From: Lysobacterales bacterium
GTDB taxonomy: Bacteria; Pseudomonadota; Gammaproteobacteria; Xanthomonadales; SZUA-5
Length of the DNA: 64,000 nucleotides
Direction: 5' to 3'
Assembly (NCBI GenBank): GCA_022844165.1
Contig: JALHMH010000014.1
Coordinates: 51,125 to 115,124, forward strand
Shown here: positions 57,759-64,000 of the stretch, piece after piece
Layout of the letters: the number at the start of each line of letters is the position of its first letter
Position numbering within the stretch: position 1 is the first letter of the stretch
The notes under the pieces: model-generated
Told to the model about the DNA's origin: nothing
Databases searched by the model: none
What the model saw: only the letters and a program-made list of their open reading frames with translations
Translations under genes and position numbers: made by a program

Positions 57759-57947
57759 CGAGGCTTCGCCTCAGACCGCCGAGCATTGTTGGCTTCGCTC
57801 GGCAGCGTACTTGCCACAACCCCGCGCGCTTCGCGCATTGCAGGTACAGCGGCACAGCCTCCGGTCGTTCGGATCGGCACACGCCTACGGCGTGTCCGCA
57901 CAGAGTCTTACGCCCTGAACTTAGGGGGCTGCAAAAACCAAAGCCGC
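57759..57947 (+). repeat. Dispersed structured element, copy E (lacks the 3' terminal segment)
   Basis: First ~40 nt identical to copy C; middle shares GCGGCACAGCC.CCGGTCGTTCG..TCGGCACACGCC with B; ends AGGGGGCT...CCAAAGCCGC. Confidence 0.9.
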
Positions 57948-58241
57948 ATAGGTTACTGTCATCTTGCTTGGGGAAACTTGGGGAAAGATGCACGCGCTTT
58001 GGCTGGCCCGAGCCAGGCCCTCGGTGAGAATTTGCGAGAAATGAAAGCTACCCGCGAGTCGACTTTGCTGGGAGGATAACGACCCGAGAGATCCGGTCAG
58101 AACGTCGGTCCTCCGATCGCGGTGCGATACGTTGCGCGGCTCAAAGCGTTGCGTTTGCGTTGGCGATTGTCCTCCAAACAGACGGTGTCAGCATCTGCCT
58201 GCAGCGGTGCAGTCGCCGAATCCGATCCAGGGCGAGGCCAT

Positions 58242-60368
58242 ATGCAGAGCAAGACCGAAGAGCAGACAACGACGACGAGCGGCGAGTCGCATCCAAAGGT
58301 TCAGGCCGCGCAACAAGTCATCGCTGAGCGCAATGCGCGGCCGAATATTCTGCTGATCATGGTCGATCAGTTGTACTACCCGCAGCTGCGCGACGGCGAT
58401 GGCGGAATGGAGAAGGGTATCCAGCAAGTGCTGAGCTTCCTGGGCGACATCGACCCGAAGACGAACCCATGGGCTCAGTACTTTCCTGGATTCTGCAAAC
58501 TGCGCGAGTACGCTGTGGTGTTCGACGATCACACGATCGCCGAGTCCGCTTGCATTCCGAGTCGCGCCACCATCATGACCGGTCAGTACGGCCCACGCAC
58601 CGGCGTGACGCAAACCGACGGCTTGTTCAAGAGCGGCGATGCGCACAACTTCCCTTGGCTCAAGGCCGATGGCGCGCCCACTGCGGGCGATTATTTCCGC
58701 CAGATTGGCTACACCACGCACTATTTCGGCAAGTGGCACGTGAGCGACCCGCCTGAACACACGCTGGAAGGATTTGGTTTCGGCGACTGGGAATTGTCGT
58801 GGCCGGAACCGCACGGTGCTTTGACCAATAACATGGGCGCCTATCGCGACTACCAGTTCGCCGATCTGGCCTGCAGCTTTCTGCGCAACCGAGCGCTCGG
58901 CGTGCCTTACTCGCGCAGCAGCGGGCGCGTATCGGCCAATCACCCGTTGAGCCCGATGACGCCCGCGCCAGCGCCGTTCTTCGCCGTGTGCTCTTTCACC
59001 AATCCTCACGATATCGCCACCTACCCAACGCTGCCCCGTGCGCTGAATCCGCAGTTTCCGGACGATCAGAAACTTCAGCAACCGCAGGTGGGGCCTGGCG
59101 GCTCCGTACCGGTGCCGCTGCCCGGAACCCTGAGCGCCGCGCCGAACAACGGCACCTTCCGAATCCCGATGAATCCGCTCGGCCTGCCGCAGCAATGCGC
59201 CAGCCCTGCGGCGACCCAGAATGAGGACCTGCTGAGCAACAATAAACCGAGCGCGCAGTACGACTATTCCTACAAGGTGGCCCTGGGGCTCGCGGCAAAG
59301 ACGGGCCTCAGCATTGCCGACGCGATCGGCGGCGATGCGCAGACGGTGCTGGAGAATGCGGTCAAGGCGACCCTCGGCATTCCGATACCGTTTCAGTTGC
59401 AGGAGGACGCGAGCGGCGCCGCCACCGGCTTTCTTCAGTACTATGCGTACATGATTTCGATGGTCGATCGGCACATTCTGCGCGTGCTGCAGACCCTTGA
59501 GGACGTGGGGTTACGCAAAAACACGGTGGTGGTGTTCTGCTCCGATCACGGCGAATACGGCGCAGCGCACGGGATGATGATCGAGAAGTGGCACGGCGCC
59601 TATCAGGAGACCGTGCATGTACCGTTCCTCATCAGCGCCGAGGCGTACAACGACGACCGCAATCGACCGCTGCGCGTGCAGGCACAGACCAGCCATATCG
59701 ATATTCTGCCGACGTTGCTGGCGCTCGCGGGAACCGATCGCAACGGCATCGAGCTGGCGCGGCGCAATCTGTCGAAGACGCATACCGCAGCGCCTCTGCC
59801 TGGCGCCGATCTGGTGCCGCTGATCGCCAGCGGCGGCGGGCCGGTCATCGGTCCAGATGGTCGCGAGCGCAAAGGGGTGCTGTTCGCCACCGACGACATG
59901 ATCACCGAGCCCCTGCCGATCGACGACGACCCGCACAATGTGCAATCGCAGCGGCAGTACGCGGTGTTCGCTGCCACGGTGGAGGCCCTGCGGACGCCCC
60001 CGGCAGCTGGCGAACCGCCTCACCGCTACCGTCCGAAGCTCGCGCCGGGGCCGGTGCGGCAACCCGCACACGTTCGCGCGCTGCGCTCGGGCGATTGGAA
60101 ACTGGTGCGCTTTTGCGATCCCTGGAGCGAGCGCCCAGCGCCGGACGAATGGGAGCTCTACCATCTCGCGCTCGATCCCATCGAGAACATCAATCTGCTG
60201 GTTTACAACGGCGTTTTTCCCACGCCCATCGCACCGGAAAAGCTGCCAGGTCAGTTGACCCGCGACGATGTTGCTGCCGTCGCGATGGACCTGCGCGCAG
60301 AGCTGCGGCGCCAGGAGGCGGCATGCCTGTCGCCTTATCCCAGCGCGCACCCATCGGGACGGTTTTAG
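58242..60368 (+). CDS. Sulfatase-family hydrolase (Cys-type formylglycine motif)
   Basis: RPNILLIMVDQ, CIPSRATIMTG, GKWH, NPHD, SDHGE, HVP, SHIDILPT, ELY.L..DP.E. Confidence 0.88.
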   Translation: MQSKTEEQTTTTSGESHPKVQAAQQVIAERNARPNILLIMVDQLYYPQLRDGDGGMEKGIQQVLSFLGDIDPKTNPWAQYFPGFCKLREYAVVFDDHTIAESACIPSRATIMTGQYGPRTGVTQTDGLFKSGDAHNFPWLKADGAPTAGDYFRQIGYTTHYFGKWHVSDPPEHTLEGFGFGDWELSWPEPHGALTNNMGAYRDYQFADLACSFLRNRALGVPYSRSSGRVSANHPLSPMTPAPAPFFAVCSFTNPHDIATYPTLPRALNPQFPDDQKLQQPQVGPGGSVPVPLPGTLSAAPNNGTFRIPMNPLGLPQQCASPAATQNEDLLSNNKPSAQYDYSYKVALGLAAKTGLSIADAIGGDAQTVLENAVKATLGIPIPFQLQEDASGAATGFLQYYAYMISMVDRHILRVLQTLEDVGLRKNTVVVFCSDHGEYGAAHGMMIEKWHGAYQETVHVPFLISAEAYNDDRNRPLRVQAQTSHIDILPTLLALAGTDRNGIELARRNLSKTHTAAPLPGADLVPLIASGGGPVIGPDGRERKGVLFATDDMITEPLPIDDDPHNVQSQRQYAVFAATVEALRTPPAAGEPPHRYRPKLAPGPVRQPAHVRALRSGDWKLVRFCDPWSERPAPDEWELYHLALDPIENINLLVYNGVFPTPIAPEKLPGQLTRDDVAAVAMDLRAELRRQEAACLSPYPSAHPSGRF

Positions 60369-60471
60369 TCCGGACTCCTCAAAGCTCGACGTTGGACATG
60401 GGGATGCGCATCGCTCGCGCAGCGCAAGCTTGCCAGCCACCCGACGCCCTGGTCTCCGCAGAAAATTTGGG

Positions 60472-61536
60472 CTAGGGCATTGGCATGCGACGTGGCGCTT
60501 GCAGCTTGCATGCTTCCCCAAGCAGCACCCCGTTCAAGGCCTGAGCCATCATCTCGCCAGTCGGCGGATCGAAGTTCGACAGCACGATCAGCCAGGAATT
60601 GCGCTCGGGATAAACCCAGAGAACGGCGTTGCTACCGACCGATCCGCCAGCTTGCCCAATCCGCCAGGGCTGCGAGCGGCGAGGAAATACAGCGGCCTTG
60701 GTCTTCGCGGTGAGCAATTGGTTGCCGATTAACGCCGACCCGAAGACCTGAAGATCAGATGCGCTGCTCAAGGCATCGCCGGCGCTCGACGCCTTGAACT
60801 CCGGGAACTCTATGCGTGGTTGCGGCCGTTCCGCCGGGGGCTGTCCGGGCCCGGCCATGCGGGTCAACGGCACTGCCGCATCTGCGCCGGGCTCGAAGCT
60901 GGAAGAACGCATGCCCAGCGCCTTGAAGATCTGTTTCTCCACATAATTGCGGTAGTTTTCTCCGGCGGCCGATTCGATCACCGCACCCAGGAGCAAATAA
61001 CCGCCGTTGGAGTATTGCTCCTGACTGCCGGGCGCAAAACTCAACGGTTTAGCCGCCACCAGTGCGACAACATCGCGAGCGGCCTTGGCACCCGCCATTG
61101 TCGGCGCGTCGGCAAGATCGGGCCGCGTCATCGGCGCCACACCTGAGCGATGGGCCAGCAGGTGCGCAATCGTGATGGCATCGAAGGCGCTGGGCAACTC
61201 GGGCAGGTGCTGACGTACCGAGTCATCGAGCTGCAATTTGCCGGCGTCGACCAGCAAACCGATGGCCACCTGCGTGTATACCTTTCCAACGGACGCCAGG
61301 CGAAACGGTGTGTCTTGTGCGATCGCCGCATTGCCTTGATCGGCGAAACCGATGGCCTTCTCAAAGCGCTGCTTGCCATTGCCTGCGGCAACGATCCCGC
61401 TGAAGGGCGCTTGCTGCAATTGTTCGGCTACGCATGCATCCAGCGCCGATTCCAGCGCTTCGCCAGTCATGGCTTCCGACGCGATCGAAACCGACGCCAT
61501 CGCCAGCGTACACAAAGTAAAAGCTAAATGCCGCAT
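60472..61536 (-). CDS. Secreted serine hydrolase (beta-lactamase class C / D-peptidase-like)
   Basis: Signal peptide; F.LASVGK (SxxK), LLAHRSG, YSN.GY. Confidence 0.88.
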   Translation of the reverse strand: MRHLAFTLCTLAMASVSIASEAMTGEALESALDACVAEQLQQAPFSGIVAAGNGKQRFEKAIGFADQGNAAIAQDTPFRLASVGKVYTQVAIGLLVDAGKLQLDDSVRQHLPELPSAFDAITIAHLLAHRSGVAPMTRPDLADAPTMAGAKAARDVVALVAAKPLSFAPGSQEQYSNGGYLLLGAVIESAAGENYRNYVEKQIFKALGMRSSSFEPGADAAVPLTRMAGPGQPPAERPQPRIEFPEFKASSAGDALSSASDLQVFGSALIGNQLLTAKTKAAVFPRRSQPWRIGQAGGSVGSNAVLWVYPERNSWLIVLSNFDPPTGEMMAQALNGVLLGEACKLQAPRRMPMP

Positions 61537-61592
61537 GAGAAAAATCCTGCTGATCGGAAGTCGATGTCACTGTAGGATGCGCGCTACTCAGC

Positions 61593-62264
61593 GTGCAGCA
61601 TGAAATTTTGAGTAGACATACAGGCAACGAACGAAACCAGGTCACGATTCGCGACCCGCGCGCGGCGGCAGTGTTTGCCCACTCGAACTTGCGGCGGATT
61701 CTTCTGCAGTTTGCGCGGCGGCCGCGCGGCGTTGCCGACGTCGCCAACGAGCTGGATGTCGATCTCAAGCAACTGCACCACGCCGTGACGAGGTTATGCC
61801 GATTGCAACTGCTGAAGGTGGTCCAGGAGCGCAAGCGTGCCGGCCGCAGCATCAAGCTGTATCAGTGCACGGGACAGAGCTATTTCATTCCGATCGCGGC
61901 GGCTCCCGAGCACTTCAGTAAAGGCCTCGCGAAAGAGCTGTACGACGCCATTGCCCGAGATGCCGCATCGGCGGTCGATGGCATGGTGTTCTCGCTGGAC
62001 GCGCAAGGAAGGGTCTCGGGCAGAGCTGTTGAAAGGCATGGCGCCAGAGCCGTACTGATGGACAGCTGGCGAATTCTCCGGCTGAGCGCTTCGGCGGCGC
62101 GCCAACTCAAGCAGGAACTGGCAAAGGTGCTCGATCGGTTCCAAAACCAGGCGAGCAGTGGCGAACAGGTTTACCTGGTCCATGCCGGCATGGCGCGCCG
62201 GCTCGGTCACCGAGGAGCCATCGACAATCCGGCGCTGGATGGCGATATCGAAATCCGCGACTGA
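61593..62264 (+). CDS. Winged-helix (ArsR-like) transcriptional regulator
   Basis: RRILLQF...P.GVADVANEL..DLKQLHHAV.RL...LL.V...KRAGRSIKLY; C-terminal LRLS..AARQL..EL. Confidence 0.7.
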   Translation: MQHEILSRHTGNERNQVTIRDPRAAAVFAHSNLRRILLQFARRPRGVADVANELDVDLKQLHHAVTRLCRLQLLKVVQERKRAGRSIKLYQCTGQSYFIPIAAAPEHFSKGLAKELYDAIARDAASAVDGMVFSLDAQGRVSGRAVERHGARAVLMDSWRILRLSASAARQLKQELAKVLDRFQNQASSGEQVYLVHAGMARRLGHRGAIDNPALDGDIEIRD

Positions 62265-62502
62265 CGCGCGCACAACCCTCGACGCCAGAACGCCGGGCGC
62301 GAGCATTCGAATCCTTCGAATTCCTGTCCCGAATGAGCCATTCGCATTCGTCGTCGGCGACGAGACTTTCGGCACGGTTGACCTGGCAGCCGGCGATCCC
62401 AGATAGTGCTAATCGCAATATATGAGCACGCGACCTAAGGGTGGCTTCTCGCCGCAGATCGTCGTTGCGAACGACCCGTCCGTCATTCCTTGCGAGGTAA
62501 CC

Positions 62503-63801
62503 ATGCGATTCTTGTACTTGCTGAGTTGTGCGTTCTTGATGCTTTTGTCAACATCCAGTTGGGCACAAGACCAGCGCCTGAGCACCGAGCAAGTGGACCG
62601 CATCGTCGAGCGGCTCAGCGCAAACATCCAAGAGCTTTATGTGTTTCCCGACAAGCGAGCACCGATCGTGCAGGCCATACGCGCAGATCTGGAGGGAGGC
62701 CGATTTGCCGACCTGACCGCTGCCGAACTCGCACAGCGACTGACCGAAGCGCTATTTGCCGTGTCGGGCGACAAACACTTGAACGTGGTGTTCGACCCTG
62801 CGCGTTCCAGAGCCTTGGACGAAAACCCAGACCCGATGGATAGCGGTTTCTTCGATGCCGAGGGACTGCGCCTCAATCAGGGATACGTGAGGCAAGAAAT
62901 TCTTCCTGGCAACATTCGATATGTGCGGATCCAGATGTTTTTTTGGACCGAGAAAGTGACCGCGCCGATCATCGACGCCGCGGCGCAGTTCTTGTCTGGG
63001 GGATCGGCCGTGATTATCGACCTGCGCGGCAACGGCGGCGGGCAGGTCGACGCTGTGCAACGGTTGATCAGTTATCTGATGCCCGCGAAGTCCGTCCCCT
63101 TGATGACTTTTTTCGACGGGCGCACGGGGAAATCGACGATCACGAAGTCGACGGCGAAACTCCCGTCGGATCGCATCGCTGGTCGCCCGGTCTATGTGCT
63201 GATCGATCGCGGCAGTTTTTCTGCGGCCGAGGAGTTCGCCTACCACGTCCAACAATTCAAGCTTGGAACTCTGGTGGGCGAACAAACCCAAGGTGGCGCC
63301 AACAACAACATGTTCGTTTCGCTGCCCGAAGGCTTTATCGCCAGCGTCTCCTTTGGGCGCCCCGTCCATGCCATTAGCGAAACGAATTGGGAAGGCACCG
63401 GCATCGCGCCGGACCAAGCCGCGCCTGGTCCGGCGGCATTGGATGTGGCGTTGGCCGACGTCATGGCGAAGCTGGCGCAAAGCGACGACCCAAAAACCAG
63501 GGCCGAGGCCGAATGGGAGTTGCCGGCGATCCATGCGCGCTTGCGCCCGGTGCGCGTGTCGCCGGATGAACTGCGTGCCCTGATCGGTTCCTATGGCGAA
63601 AGAGAAATCCGCATGGAAGGCGAGCGTCTGATTTCGCAGCGGGCAGGAATGCCGCCGCTGGAGCTGGCGCCGCTGGGAGAGGATGTGTTCGCTGTGGTGG
63701 GCATCAACGATGTGCGAATCGGCTTTGTGCGCAGCGCGGATAAAGTCGTACTGGAAGTGCGCTACCGCGACGGGCGAAAAATCGTGGCAGAACGGCAGTA
63801 A
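62503..63801 (+). CDS. Secreted S41-family peptidase (IRBP-like)
   Basis: Signal peptide after a GAGG RBS; IIDLRGNGGG, SFSAAEEF, GEQT.GGA, NWEGTGIAPD. Confidence 0.9.
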   Translation: MRFLYLLSCAFLMLLSTSSWAQDQRLSTEQVDRIVERLSANIQELYVFPDKRAPIVQAIRADLEGGRFADLTAAELAQRLTEALFAVSGDKHLNVVFDPARSRALDENPDPMDSGFFDAEGLRLNQGYVRQEILPGNIRYVRIQMFFWTEKVTAPIIDAAAQFLSGGSAVIIDLRGNGGGQVDAVQRLISYLMPAKSVPLMTFFDGRTGKSTITKSTAKLPSDRIAGRPVYVLIDRGSFSAAEEFAYHVQQFKLGTLVGEQTQGGANNNMFVSLPEGFIASVSFGRPVHAISETNWEGTGIAPDQAAPGPAALDVALADVMAKLAQSDDPKTRAEAEWELPAIHARLRPVRVSPDELRALIGSYGEREIRMEGERLISQRAGMPPLELAPLGEDVFAVVGINDVRIGFVRSADKVVLEVRYRDGRKIVAERQ

Positions 63802-63804
63802 CCG

Positions 63805-63853
63805 TTACTTCGGATACTTCATCAGCACCGAGGTCAGGCGACGCAACAAATCA
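63805..63853 (-). pseudogene. Possible 3' remnant of a gene interrupted by the IS (...DLLRRLTSVLMKYPK*)
   Basis: Coding-like frame ending in TAA convergent with the S41 gene and cut off at the putative IS end. Confidence 0.35.
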
Positions 63854-64000
63854 CCCGAGTTCGACAGTTCGCGCTGCAACTTGTTGATTCGACTACGCCG
63901 GGGTAGTCATTTTTGACACTACAAGCGCGTTTCAGGTCGGCTCGGGAATCTTGAGCCTGGCGAATAGCTCGTGCTGCTCGGGATCGATGCGGGTGTTGCC
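63854..64000 (-). mobile_element. Probable right end of an IS1634-like insertion sequence, with transposase C-terminus at 63932..64000
   Basis: Frame GNTRIDPEQHELFARLKIPEPT* resembles IS1634 transposase ends; followed by TTGTAGTG, a GACTAC/GTAGTC hairpin and a terminus reading CCCGAGTTCGACAG on the + strand. Confidence 0.6.

Noticed and set aside
52759-57947. Dispersed elements as CRISPR repeats, integron attC sites, tRNAs or the short ORFs listed over them
   Set aside because: Too long and irregular for CRISPR; no RYYYAAC...GTTRRRY ends and no integrase; no cloverleaf; the overlapping ORFs differ in frame and length between copies.
57968-57988. CTTGGGGAAA direct repeat upstream of the sulfatase
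   Set aside because: Only two copies, with no associated regulator or further pattern.

Overview
GC-rich bacterial chromosomal segment. Gene content (rapA, metH, tadA, mutL, pilU, fadD, rmuC, AmpE-like, a secreted protein ending in ...LFGNGFE) suggests a gammaproteobacterium, probably Lysobacterales/Xanthomonadales; this is an inference. About 45 genes were called: housekeeping genes, the RDD-SpoIIM-DUF4129-DUF4350-MoxR-DUF58 cluster, and accessory loci (iota-type carbonic anhydrase with a two-component system, TPR-CHAT protease facing a secreted protein, large SNF2 ATPase, TetR-hydrolase-nitroreductase cassette, sulfatase, two secreted peptidases around a wHTH regulator). The most notable non-coding signals are: (1) a dispersed, hairpin-rich ~180-240 nt element family with at least 7 copies, no terminal inverted repeats, CTAG-like boundaries and a compensatory stem change, clustered at 52.7-58 kb where two copies bracket the TetR cassette; (2) a 17-copy AATGGCT array fused to the 5' end of one degenerate copy; (3) four TGAAC repeats phased at 22-23 bp upstream of the carbonic anhydrase/two-component operon; (4) the probable right end of an IS1634-like element at the window end. 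No rRNA, tRNA or CRISPR array was seen. All calls come from motif recognition by eye, with no database search. Several start codons were moved downstream of the ORF-track starts.
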